In this document: positions 25,157 to 37,990 of the stretch, piece after piece
Layout of the letters: each line of letters begins with the position of its first letter
Position numbering within the stretch: the first letter of the stretch is position 1
Assembly: GCA_001662655.1 (NCBI GenBank)
Contig: KV460207.1
Origin: Pseudogymnoascus verrucosus
Lineage: Eukaryota
Reading direction: 5' to 3' (one strand)
DNA length: 64,000 nucleotides
Notes under the pieces: model-generated
What the model was told of the DNA's origin: nothing
Databases searched by the model: none
Seen by the model: only the letters and a program-made list of their open reading frames with translations
Translations under genes and position numbers: made by a program

Positions 25157-26468
25157 ATGTCAACATTGCCCACAATGAACCTCCTTCAAAGTGGTCTGAG
25201 GAAGACCAGGGGTGATAAACAATATAATGGGCCTCCTCGCCGTAGCGGCGCAAGATTTGTTAGTAAAGCATCACTGACCTTGGAAACTATCCACGAACAG
25301 AATCGACTGAACCTCCAAAAACGCGATAATGGAAAAGGAAGCATCAAAATACCTGATCCGGCGCCTGGGCCTGCCGCGAAGGGGAAGCCAAGATTGTTGT
25401 TGATGGGCCAAAGGAGGTGGATATAATGATCTATAAAAAAGTTACAAGATGCTAATTCATCATAGGAGTGGGAAATCTTCCATATCAAGTGTCGTCTTTC
25501 ACAAGATGCCGCCCAATGAGACACTCTTTCTCGAATCCACAGCCCGGATACACAAAGACTCCATGCAGTATGACAATCCTCCGAGACAAAGAATCCCCCC
25601 ACTAACACTCCCCAGCTCCTTCATGGACTTCCAAGTCTGGGATTTCCCCGGGCAACTCGAGTTCATGGACCCCTCCTTCGACGCCGACGCCATCTTCGGC
25701 GAGATCGGCGCCCTAATCTGGGTCATCGACGCACAAGACGACTACCTCGAAGCCATCTCCCGTCTCAACATCACGATCATGAACCTCGCCCAATCCTACC
25801 CCGCCATCAACATCGAGGTCTTCATCCACAAAGTCGACGGCCTAAGCGACGACTACAAATTCGACCTCCAGCGCGACATCATCCAGCGGATCCAAGACGA
25901 GCTCTCCGACCACGGCTTCGACAACGCGCCCATCACCTTCCACCTAACCTCCATCTACAACCACAGCATCTTCGAAGCCTTCAGCAAGGTAATCCAGAAA
26001 CTGATCCCCCACCTCCCCACCCTCGAAGCACTTCTAAACGACCTCTGTCGCTCCTGCCGCTTCGAGAAGGTATACCTCTTCGACGTCCTCTCCAAGATCT
26101 ACGTCGCTACCGACTCCTCCCCGCTCGACATGAGCAGTTACGAGATCTGCTCCGATTACATCGACGTCATTGTCGACATATCCGAGATCTACGGGTGGGA
26201 GCGTCCAGCTGCTTATCTTGAGCAATTGGAGGGACCGCCGTGGAATCGGCCGCTGGAGGATCAGATGGGCTGCCGCGATGCGGAGAGCGCGATTGTACTC
26301 AAGGACATGAAGAGGCCGATTATGTTGAGGGAGGTGAATAAGTACCTTGCGCTCGTGGCGGTCATGAAGGAGGGGAGCTATGAGAGGATGCCGCTTGTGA
26401 CTATGAATGTGGAGACGGTGGTGGCGGGGTTGTTGGAGGTGTTTGAGGTTACGGGGGCGAGGCGGTAG
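25157..26468 (+). CDS. GTR2: Rag small GTPase Gtr2/RagC-D (TORC1 signalling), 3-4 exons
   Basis: LLLMGQRR|SGKSSISSVVFHKM.PNETLFLEST, WDFPGQ, VIDAQDDY, VFIHKVDGL, TSIYNHSIFEAFS. Confidence 0.95.
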
Positions 26469-27006
26469 TGTGGGTCCAGTTTGGTCCTGTGGTGGGGGTT
26501 GGGGGGGAAAGGTGGTTTTCGAAATTCAAAAAGTTCGAGGGCGAAGAGGCGTCGGTGGGGGTGTGGATAGGATAGGAGGGAGGAAGGGTATATCATCACG
26601 ACAGGCGTTCTGGGTCTGGGTCGTGTGCATTAGGTTTCTCTCAAATCGGATTTCAAGAATAAACACAGATAAATGTGATTTTATAACCACAATCACTTTC
26701 ACACTACCATTTATCATGAGACGTGTAATACATGCAAACAAGTTCTATTCTCATTAAACACTCTCCACCACAGTAGTATAAAGATTACTTCCACGACGCC
26801 TGCCATTATCAACAACAGTGACGCCCCATATCCATTTCCATTTCCATATTCCCGGGCCCATTCTAAGAAATCCCTATACACCACATCCCACCGAGCAGCC
26901 CGTAAATCAAAACCACGCAATGCACCACACACAATACACAATCTAATCTTTCATCACATCTTGCCAACTCCGCATATTCATAACACATCCCACCAGAGGG
27001 AGACAT

Positions 27007-28513
27007 CTAGAACGCAGCAACAACAGCCATAATAGCAGCACCGAACGCAAGTCCCGCACCCGCAGCAGCGGTAGGAGCAGCACCCGTAGCCACACCAGTG
27101 GTAGACCCAGCAGTAGGCGCAGGCGAGACAACAGTTCCGTTACCGGTGCTGCCCGATCCGCTACCGCTGCCGCTGCCAGATCCAGCGCCGGTCGAGGAGC
27201 CACCAGATGGGGACGCGCTACCAGCACCGCCAGAAGCTCCGCCAGATGGAGAGGCGCTACCGGCACCAGCACCGCCGGTTGGAGAGGCGCTTCCAGCACC
27301 ACCGCCGACGGCAGTGCTAGCATTTCCAGCAGCGCTGGATGGGACGGCGATGAGAGTAGACGAAGCGTCTCCAGAGCCGGAACCAGCACCGACGCCGCCG
27401 GCGCCGGCGTCAGCGGCCTCGGTTGGAGTCAAGGTTCCGCCGCTCGCGACGATGGAGCTAGGCGCCGCCTCGGTGGCTGAGGCGACGTCCTTTGCGGAGG
27501 TAGCGGGGGTGGTGGTATCGACCGATGGGCAGGAGAGGTCGAACAGCGGTGTTGTGCTCAGGGTTGTGCCAACGACGCCGAAGCTGGGGCTGGGGGTGTT
27601 GGGGTAGGAGTCCTGGAGGGTGTACCAGTAGGTGTTGATCTTCCCCAGGGAAGGGCAGGCGACCTTGTCCCAGAAGAACTTGGCGTTCGCGAGACTGGCT
27701 TCGGCTTGTCCGGAGACGGGGCCGGAGACAGGCCATCCGGTCTCGGTGATCCAGACGTCCTTGCCGCCTGCGGCGCCGACGGTGGCGTCGTAGGCGTCGA
27801 AGAAGAGTTGAGGGCCGTTGTCGATGCCGTTCGCCATCGAGGTCTGGAAGTAGGGGTAGGCGTCTACGCCGAGCCAGTCGACGGCTTGGATGACGGCGCT
27901 GTTGGAGCCGTTCACCCAGTCGTTCCAGGTGTCGACGTGGCCGATGGGAGTGCCGGAGAGAGCGGTGCCAGCGATGGCCTGGCGGACTTGACCGATGTAG
28001 GAGACGAGGTCGGCGGGCTCAGCGCCGTAGCCAGACTTGGCGGCGATGCCGGTGGGGGAGAGACGGTAGAGGTCCTCGCTGCCGACGGAGAGACCAGTAA
28101 CGCGGCTGGTGAAGTCGGAGCCGTATTGCTCGATGGCACGCTTGAGGGCTGCGATCTCGTTGTTGATGCCTTCTTGGCCGGCGGAGGCCCAGATGCCGAG
28201 GAGGAGGGTGGTGTCTGAGGCGATGGCGGCGGGGATGGCGGAGATGGGGTCGTTGGCTGTTCCACCTTGCTGTGTGCTGTTAGTGTGTGTTTCAATGGTG
28301 AGAATACTTTTTGTGTCGACTTACAATCATAGTGTAGAGACGGGCAGAGTTGAAGCCAGTGACACCCTTGAGGCTCTTGGCGGCGTTGAACTCGTCCTGG
28401 AATCTCTGCTGGTCCCTGATGGAGCCATCACTGTTGGTAGATCCGTAGTTGAATCCCTGATGGACGGCCGAAGCAGATGCCACGAGGGCGAGGATAGATG
28501 CAGTGGTACGCAT
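27007..28513 (-). CDS. eglC: GPI-anchored GH17 endo-1,3-beta-glucanase/glucanosyltransferase EglC/Bgt2; intron 28270-28324
   Basis: Signal peptide, [55 protein letters not shown]-rich stalk and hydrophobic GPI tail. Confidence 0.93.
27140..27310 (-). repeat. Coding tandem repeats (GAGSASP[TS]GG x3, then GS repeats) in the EglC stalk
   Basis: Visible directly in the translation [35 protein letters not shown]...[12 protein letters not shown]. Confidence 0.8.
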
Positions 28514-30620
28514 CTTGGCTTGTCTGTCGAGGTAGTAACGACTGTGTAGGGTTTTGTTTATGAAAGTTGGAACGAACGATTGTCCAACAAGCTACGTAGG
28601 GGAGAGATGAAGGAAGGAAAAGAGAAAAGGGAAGGGCGAGACGCGGCAGGTCGGCCTTCTTAACCTACAACCTACTAGTTTCCGGAGTTTTCGTGGGGAC
28701 AAAGAAAGACGAGTGGGAAAGAAGGAAAGAGTGGGAAAAGAATACTGGACCTCGTATCCCCACTGTTGTTGACGTTGGCTCAGCGGTGGTGGCCAGCGGT
28801 GGCCAGCGGTGGCCAGGCAAGGTCGGGAATAAGGATTGGGGATTGGGGGGAAGGGGTGTGGAAGTGGAGGAGGGGGAGATCGGAATGTGGATTGGTGGTG
28901 GGTTGTGGACTGGGAGAAGTGGGTTGGGAGGCGTTACTCTATCGTATCCATTTTTATCCCATTTTTGTCTATTCTTGTTCTTGTTTATCGGGAATCCGTA
29001 TTTGGGCAGATAAGACCCCGATTCAGGCCGCGACAGGGGTTACCAAGGTACCCATTAGGAATAGTTTTGCATTAGTCAATAATCAACAACTAGCAAGTTT
29101 GGGTCGACAACCCTTCTTTCACCATCCTTCACCCTCCTTCACCCTCATTTTTCTGTTAGCTCTAGTTAGTTCTGTTGCTATTTTCAGGGTGATCATTTAG
29201 CTGGATTTAGCTGGTCGATTAGCTGTTAGTTTGCTTGTTTAGGTGCCTTTTTTGAATATTCTCCCATGTTTCCGCGGTGGGGTTTGCGCGTTCCCTACAA
29301 AATCGGCGGTGGCCGCGCGCCCTGGCCTCGCCGTGGCCCTGACTCGATTGGCTCATAGTGCTTGGTGTGTCCCGTGACGTCATATTCGTCCCTTCCTCGG
29401 TTCTTCCGTCGTCGTGTGCCCTCGTATGGCTATATGGGTATTATACGGGTATATGCTGAATGACAACGTTACCTACAGTTGCCATCAAATAATTAATGGC
29501 AATAAAATAATAAAATACTCAGTAAAATACATATCCAATATCTATCCGTCATATAAGACATTTCCCACCACAAAGCCCCCTTTTTGTTTCAACACACCCG
29601 AGCTGTCTCACTCCTCCCAACCCCCATAGGCATAGGTTGCCCAAACAACCAAACAAACGCACCAGAAAACCAAATCCAGAGAATCTAGACCCCCAAACAT
29701 CCTCTCCTCTGGTACCATACGGGCTTAAACCCCCCGAGTGGGTCCCACACCCAGTCCAAAAACCGGCACACGCAAGGAACCCCAACCACCCGATTGGCGA
29801 TCCCTGACCCTTCCACCCACAAAAAAAACACAAGTAACCCCAGTCACGTGTTAACCCACAAAGAACAAAAATAAACCACGTCACGTGCTAACCCCCCAAA
29901 ATAAACGCGTGTTCTGACTCGTTGGGAAAATGCACTCGTTCCTGATGAAGAAGAGAATTTCTTTCTCTCACGATAAGCGCTTGTTTTGCGATATGACGGA
30001 ATTGGGAGAATGTGGTGGAAAAAGATGGGACGGGTTGGGGTTGCTGCGCCTACTGGAGTGGAGTTGTGGTTGTGCTTGGATGGATGGATGGGTGAGTGGA
30101 GGGGGGTTACGCAAGCCAAGGGCGGTGACGCTGTGGTGGTGGGGAGGGAGATCGATTTGAGTCCCACGTTGTGTGCAGTAGACACTCGTTTTTTCGAGGG
30201 GATCAGCTATCGTAACCGCCGTCACTGCCGCATACATACCTTCAGAGCCATACAGTAAACGCGATGGGGTATGAACTGCACACACATACGCTCTATGTAG
30301 ATCACCACCCACCGGCCTTCTCGCGGATGAAAACGAGCGGTTAAAACGGCGCCAAAAGAGTGCTGCTGATAATGGTTCATTTTTATATATCCCATGCCCC
30401 CCATTCCGGTAACACGACCGTAGATGTGTTTCAACAAAAAAGTTGTTCTCATTATGCCCCATCTCCTCCTCCCTCCATCCATCCATCCATTCATCTCGTA
30501 AAAATCGTTAAAAAGCGTTCCCCCACGCCCTGTGAACTCCGTGCCTGCGCGTTGTCCCTCATTCCCACCTCGCCCATCCCCGTCAACTGTGCGTGCTGTG
30601 CTGTCTTGTCCAACCTCTAC

Positions 30621-32281
30621 CTACTTCTCGCCCCAGCCCCACACTGTGGCGAGGAAGTGGCCCATATTCACCCTCTTGCTCTTCATGTCGATCATCCACG
30701 GGTGCTCCAGCATGCGCCAAGGGCTCGCGCGGCGATTGGGATCCTTCTCAAGGCTACAGTTCTCATTAGTATCTCTTGTGATTCCGTGACAACAAAGGGG
30801 GTACATACCAGCACTCAATGAAATACTTCATATTATCACTCCACTCAATCCCCCTCGCCGGCTCATCCCTCAACTTCGGAATCGCCTGACTAACAATATA
30901 CGTCAGCAAATCGATCGGCCCCGCCCTCGGCTGCATCTCCGCCCCCTCCGGCGCATCCGCCGGGAACGGGAACCTATGCTGCGCGACCTCCAACAGCGTC
31001 ACGCCCGTACTCCACACATCGCTTGTGATCGTGTAGCTCTGCCCCGTGATGCGCTCGGGCGCCATGTAATACGACGTCCCGATGAATGTGTCCGCGACGC
31101 CCTTGGTGCCGAACTCGCCGCTGACGCCGAAGTCGCACAGCTTCACCATGCCGTTGCGGCAGAGGAGGATGTTGCTGGGCTTGATGTCGCGGTGGATGAT
31201 CTTCTTGCCGTGGAGGTAGGTGAGCCCGTTCAGGACGCCCTCGGCGATCTTGCCGAGCACTTTTTCGCCGGTGCGGCCGCCCAGGCGCCGCATCTCGCGG
31301 TAGATGGAGTCGAGGGACCCGCCCTCGCAGAATTCCATGGCGATGCATATGGTGGCTGTGGAGGGCTCGACGAAGGCGCCGTAGTAGGCGCAGATGTGTT
31401 GGGAGGCACATTCTTTGTTGAATGAGAGCTCGCGGAGGATCTGCTTCTTGACATCGGGGTCGGGGTTGGTTGTGATGATCTGTTCGTGTTAGCTTAACTT
31501 CTGTGAAGATCTTATCAAAAAAACATACCTTCAATGCAAAGACCGTCTTGCCACCCTTCAGAATACATCGCGTTACAGCGCCACCAGCTCCCTCTCCCAA
31601 ACTGCCCAGCTCAATAACCCTCTTCTCCATATGGGCAATACGCCACCCCTCATCCTCTAAACTCTCCACATCGAGTGTCCTTGCCCTCTCCAAAGTTGCC
31701 TGGTCATACTCAGGCAGCCCACCCATGCTCCCGTCCCTCTCCATCCCAACCCCGCCCTCACTAGCATTAGAATACGACGACCCTGCTGCTGACGCTGGGT
31801 CGGGCGTCCCCTTCGGCTGGTTGAGCATCCCATACTGGCTCGCGAAGCTCAGTGCAGAGTACTGGCTCCCAGCGCTCGTCGGTCCGCTCGCCTTGCCGTC
31901 AAGCGGCCCGAAGCTTCCAGACCTGGAATGTGCAGCACTGCTCTCTGACCCACCGCTCGCCGAAGCCCCTTGTATTGCGCTGGGCCGACCATTCTTTAAT
32001 GAGACATCGTAGGACTGTGTCTGCAAGCTTCCCTTTGGGGTAGCGAGCTGCAATTTAGGGAGACCAGGGCGGCCAGTGGGTCGAGCAGTGGGCGGTTGTG
32101 GTGACGAGGTTTGGAGGGAAAGAGCTGGGGTTTTGAGAGAGAGCGAGGAGAGGTCGGGCATAGAGTTCACAGGGCGTGCATTGGGTGACGGAGGGATGGC
32201 GAGGCCTAGTCGAGGAGGTCGACCGGTGGTATTGCGGGAGCCGGGGATCGGAGGACGGAGAAGTGGAGCTGGAGCAGACAT
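30621..32281 (-). CDS. MKK1: MAP kinase kinase of the cell-wall-integrity pathway (Mkk1/Mkk2/MkkA); introns 31480-31528 and 30754-30808
   Basis: N-terminal [94 protein letters not shown]. Confidence 0.95.
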
Positions 32282-33386
32282 GTATGGAGCTTCCTGATGC
32301 GACTGTTGGGGACTGATAGAAGGATACTGCGACTGTCAGCGTGTGCCGAAATGGAAAAGGGGGAAAGACAAACATTTGGTCGAGATATTGATAGTGAGGC
32401 CGGCAACTGAGAAAGAGCTGGCTGGTAATGAGCAGGCGATGGGGATGAGACTTGGGGAGCCGTCCCTGCCGTTGGCATTTGGTCCTGCATGAGGTATGTA
32501 TTGAAATGTTTGTAAGTCGCACAAATAAAGTATTGTTTGAGCTTCTGTTGGTCTTGGATATCGTCTAAGAAATGTGCTCAGTGCTGGAGATGTCGCTCAA
32601 AGCCGCAGTTGTTGTCTTAGCTAAGCTACCAAATATTTCGAGCTGGGACAAGTTTGTACAGGCTAAAGTGATTTAGTTTGCGGATATCGATATTGGTAAC
32701 GATCGTGGGTAGTCGTGAGAAGCTGTTGTCGTCTCTTGTGTCGAGGTGTGGATTGGGCAGCGAGAGTGTAGGGATCGCCAGCACTTTGAGGATGGCGGCT
32801 TATGTGTTGGTTGGAGGGGCTCTGTGACAGGGTATCGACGTGGTATTGGTCCGCAAAAGGGGTATCGCAACGGGTATGAATCAGAGACTACCCCGAAGGA
32901 CGCTTGTTGTCTTGAATAGCGTCAAATCGAGCCGCGCGTAGAGCTGAAGTAAGACTGGAGAACGAGCGGCGTCCGTGAGCGGGAGGGCTGCTGTCAGGGC
33001 CAATAAGGGCGCCTATCAATTGAGGGGTTACCGGCGCACGTGATTTTGGCTGATGTTGGATATTTGCTGAAACAGTCGACCAACGAAGTCCTAGGTTAAT
33101 ATTTGAAATTACAAAATTTAAGGGTTTGTTCGCAGGTATGAGGTCGTATCACAATAAATCGAGATTCGATCCCTTTTGCATCCGAAACTCGTTGCAGGAC
33201 AAAATGCTGTGCGTGTACGATACCCCTGGCACACCAACCCACCACTAAACTAAAGCTTGTCCTATCGGCGTTATCATAGGCGCCGGCCTAAGCGCCGCAT
33301 TCCAAATTTTGGACCCAGCTTTTCCACCAGCGAATAATCCGACGAATAAGACCATATATCTCTCAAACACCCCGAAACACACAAAT

Positions 33387-35003
33387 ATGGGGGCCAAAGC
33401 TGTCACGGACGTGCATGAAAGTGATGCCAGTGTTGAGGGGGACGTATTAGAAAGCTTGAGCGATCATTCTGAAGATTCGGATTCTTTGGATAGCACAAGC
33501 TCGAGGAAACGACGCCGTGTGGCTCCTGTAGACAGCGATGGAGAGGAAGAAGTTCTGTTGTCTACAGTCGCAGTGCCATCCCGCATAAAATCCGGCAAAC
33601 CGGCTTCAGTTGCTAGCAAAGCTGCTCCTCTCCCAATTCTCGCTGCTCCCGTCGATCAAAATACTACGTTCGACTCTCTTGGACTTAAGCCATGGCTGGT
33701 CAACTCGTTAGGTTCAATGGCGATCCGCCGACCAACTGGGATTCAGAAAGGATGTATACCAGAGATTTTAAATGGCAGAGATTGCATCGGAGGGAGTAGA
33801 ACCGGTTCAGGAAAAACTGTTGCATTTACTGCACCTATACTACAAAAATGGGCTGAAGACCCAATCGGGATTTACGCCTTAATTCTCACACCAACGAGGT
33901 TTGTCTCCCCCTTATTTGCTCTTGGCTTCAACTAACAAGACAGGGAACTTGCTCTCCAGATTTACGAACAGGTCAAGGCGATATCATCGCCCCAATCCCT
34001 AAAACCAATCCTCATAACCGGCGGCGTAGACATGCGCCCCCAAGCCCTCGCGCTCTCCGCCCGCCCGCACATCGTAATTGCTACTCCAGGCCGGCTCGCA
34101 GACCACATTCGAACTTCAGGAGAAGACACAATTATTGGTCTACGCCGCGTCAAGGTCGTCGTTCTCGATGAAGCGGATCGACTTCTCGCCTCGGGAAACG
34201 CTGGCTCCATGCTCCCCGCCGTGTCCGAGTGCCTCTCCGCCCTCCCCCCCGCAAGCGATCGCCAAACCCTCCTTTTCACCGCAACTGTCACCCCCGAAGT
34301 ACGCGCGCTCAAGGACCTCCCGCGTGCACCCGGCAAGCTCCCCCTCTTCATCTGCGAGATCGACGCCGCGAACCCACTCGCGCTGCCTGCCAGCCTGCAG
34401 CAGACGCACCTAAGCGTCCCCGTCACGCACCGTGAGCACTACCTACACATGCTCCTCCTCACAGAGGCGAATGTCAATAAGTCCGTCATCATCTTCTGCA
34501 ACCGCACCGTCACGGCGGATTACCTCACGCATTTACTGCGTCTGCTCGCGCACCGCGTCACGGCGCTACATTCGAAGCTGCCGCAGCGACAGCGCACGGA
34601 CAACCTTGCAAGATTCCGTGCTAGCGCGGCGAGGATCCTGGTCGCGACGGATGTGGCGGCTAGAGGTCTTGATATCCCGGAGGTTGGACTAGTGGTTAAT
34701 TACGATGTGCCGCGTGATGCGGATGATTATATTCACCGCGTTGGACGTACGGCGCGTGCGGGAAGGAAGGGTCAGGCTGTTACGTTGGTGGGACAGAGGG
34801 ATGTGGGGCTGATCAAGGCGATTGAGGAGAGGGTTGGGAGGGATATGGAGGCATGGGAGGAAGAGGGGGTTAATCTCGAGACGAGGGTGCTGAAGGATGC
34901 ATTGAAGATTGTGGGAGAGAAGAGGAGAGAGGCTTGGGTGGAGATTGAGGAGGGCAGGGAGGTTGGAGGGAAGAGGAAAACGGGAATGCGTAGGCTAGCG
35001 TGA
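33387..35003 (+). CDS. DBP8: DEAD-box RNA helicase Dbp8; intron 33899-33943
   Basis: [83 protein letters not shown]. Confidence 0.93.
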
Positions 35004-35292
35004 TAGGCTGGTTGATTTGAATTCTGGATATCCACACCGCATCACGCATCATCAGGTGGCAATCACTGTGTGTGGGTGCTGACAGTACATGACATGAAGC
35101 AAGGAAGCTTTTGTACATTTGTGTCCCCCATGAGGTCTGGGCGCTAAAAACGGGTTGCTCATTGAAGCAATGTTATAATATTCCTTTAGCACTCGTGCCA
35201 CCCACATGGATATCTGGTCATGACATCACGAGACGCGTAGACAGGAGAGATTGGTAAACCCCAAATGATCGTTCTTTATTCACGGACTCGAT

Positions 35293-36074
35293 TTATGTCA
35301 TTGCCGGAATCGAAATAGTGGCGATAGTCCAAACTTTCCCCCCTTCAGAAGAAGCAAAGCCAGTATAGGTAGTGCCGCCAGACACGCCCAGAGTATTACC
35401 AAAGGTCGGATCAGCTTCCGCCAATGTGATGACTGTGTTTTTGTACGTCTGAGGGGCAATTGTCCCCGAGCAGCCATCATTGCATTCGGTTCCAGTTCCG
35501 TAGCTATTTAACTATTAGAAAGAGCTGTGGATTTGGGGAATGAAACGAACCCTCTCATAAATGGCCCAGAATCATAAGCGTAGGTGCTCAATAATGCACC
35601 AGTCACAGCATTTGTGACAGTTCTGTATAAGTTAGTTAAATACTGCACCTTCACCGATAGAAATACATACTGAGTCCAAGTTTGCTGGTTGGATTCAAGC
35701 TTATACTCAATCTTAACCTGATCCGACCCAGAAACTACTCCCGCGGTCCCATCCAGCTGACCAAACCACCCAAACACACTAGCACGTACGCACCACTGTC
35801 CTGTCTTTGCTCCACACCAGGAGTTATCCGGCCATGATTCAAGAGTGGTTTGTACCAGGTCGCCTGTGCCGTTGGACATTCCTGGCCAGAGGAATAGCAC
35901 TCCGTTCTGAACTGGGGGTGCGGCACCAGGAGTTAGAGTTGTAACGGCATGGATAATAGTTGACTTTGATGGGCCTAGAGACAGAGCGCCGCCCCAGGTG
36001 TCACGTCTTATGAGAGAAGCGGCATTTGCAGTTGCAGCAAGCAATGCTACAAGAGTAGTTCCGATGTAGACCAT
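35293..36074 (-). CDS. Small secreted protein of unknown function (3 exons, 4 Cys, Trp/Gly/Thr-rich)
   Basis: Signal peptide plus dibasic RR site. Two GT-AG introns with TAAC/CTAAT-type branch sites give an open frame ending ...GYGTGTECNDGCSG...WTIATISIPAMT*. Confidence 0.8.
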
Positions 36075-36824
36075 GATGGTGATTGAGAAACTGAAGGGGC
36101 GTGGTGTAGATCGGCATTTCAGCGGAAGACGTCTCTATTTTATAATAAAAATAATAATTCAGTCAGATGAAACATGGAAATGATTTTCCCGGGACGGAAA
36201 TTCTCAAGCTTTAGGATGTCAGACTTCCATCAGGTAAGATTGGTCGAACCCATGTTGAAACGGTTCCAACCCCGCAAAACACAATTTAGATCCCCGGGTC
36301 CGCTTAAATATGCTTAATCTACATGCCGCAAAGCTAGTGGTAGGATTCAACGGCAATTGCGATATACAAGAAGTGTGCGTTTTAATTCGCGGCGAAATTA
36401 TGGTGTAGTGCTTGTTTTGGTCCGCGAAACAGATCTTTGGGATTTTTCGTTGTCGAATTAATTACATCGCAAATTTATTATAAAGCCGCTTGTTGACAAT
36501 AAATCGCTCAGAGCGAAATTCGTTAACCACACAGACCTGAGACTAAATCCTAAAGAGATAAAATAATTAATTCATAATATCAAGGCCGACTAAACTATTT
36601 AGAGCTGTAAAACGAGAGCAACATAAGAAGCTGGCTTCCAAGCCTTTCAATAAGGCGTGTCATCATGCATCTGGGGCTACCCCGCATAATGCTTGGTATT
36701 GATACCGATAAGCAGGTACCGAGTCCACAACGACCCCTCATTTACCTTTGATGGCCAACTCCACTATCTATCAAATTGTATATGCCGTTGCAGCTCGCGC
36801 GAATCCTCATAAACAATACTCACG

Positions 36825-37720
36825 ATGGCAAACGAGCCCTCAATCTCAATACGAAAGTCTATCCGGTGGGGAGTATGTCCTGGAAACTGCCCACGCGCGT
36901 GACCCTAGCTAAGACTTTATGTAGGACGATGCGGCCTTCGAGGATACTAGGTATGAGCCTCGTCTCCAATATTTGAGGTCCCATCTTGAAGACACCCTGC
37001 TCATCTCCGGGGTAGTACTCTCGTCTTGACGACTGGTCCCAGACGTTACGTCGACCTCAGGGTATACCTCCCCGAGAACCCTGAGGACGGATTACCCAAC
37101 GCCGACGACGTACCTGCACTAGACAGACTAGAATGGGGATTCGCAGGGCAATCCAAAGGCACGCCCGCTAAATGGGATGGACCACGACTAGTGACGCCAG
37201 CGCACGGCACATGGACGCACTGGGTCGACAGCCAGAAGCCGGACGGGTATGAAGATGATGGGTTCATGTACGACCAGCATGACGGTCTGACGTGGGAGAA
37301 GGGGGTCATGGAGTACCCCAAGACTGGGGAACTGACGCCGTATGAGGAAGTTTGGGAGGATTTTGCGCCGGCGAAGGATGCGGCTGGGAATATGATAGCG
37401 GTGACGCTGGTTTATACTGAAACGGGGAATAGCGCGAAGGGGATGGTTATAAGGGTGGGAGACTGGATACAGGGTATATTGAGAGATGCTGCAGGTGGCA
37501 TAACTGTCGAGAGGTGGCACTACGAGGTAAGTTTTCTGTTAGAATTGTCAGTTGATTTTCTGACTTGTTGTAGGAGGCATCGAAAGCCACAGAAGGGTGG
37601 AAACGGGTGGTCCGCATCGGGAGTGGGGAGCTACCTTGTCAGAGACTCTTTGCCTTGGACAACTCGACGGCTGTGGAGGGATCAGGCTGGACTATATTGA
37701 AAGATGATAATGTTTTATAA
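36825..37720 (+). CDS. HRI1: HRI1-family protein (4 exons)
   Basis: Spliced N-terminus MANEPSISIRKSIRWG|DDAAFEDTS|TLVLTTGPRRYVDLRV; LEWGFAG, WTHWVDS, E.G.M..P.TG...YEEVWED, GMVIRVGDWIQG, TVERW. Confidence 0.85.
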
Positions 37721-37990
37721 TCATGATAGAATTAATTGCTGAATGCCCGTTTCATTGCTTGCAAGAGCCAGTTTTGAAACATACAATGCAAGCTCAGAGT
37801 GGCTAATAATATAAAGCAAGCCTCTAACATACACATCCTAGGCAATATTGATACTTGCAACCCAAACAACCAAAAAACAATAATCCATGCCTCCGTTCCC
37901 CTACCTTCATCCATAGATCGTAAACCATTCATTCAACCATTGAAGCCCATACTCCGCATAGCGATACATTTGCTCATAACAACCCGAGAT

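Noticed and set aside
30070..30495. (GGAT)n and (ATCC)n tracts forming a weak inverted pair downstream of MKK1
   Set aside because: Short microsatellites common in fungal 3' regions; complementarity does not extend beyond them.
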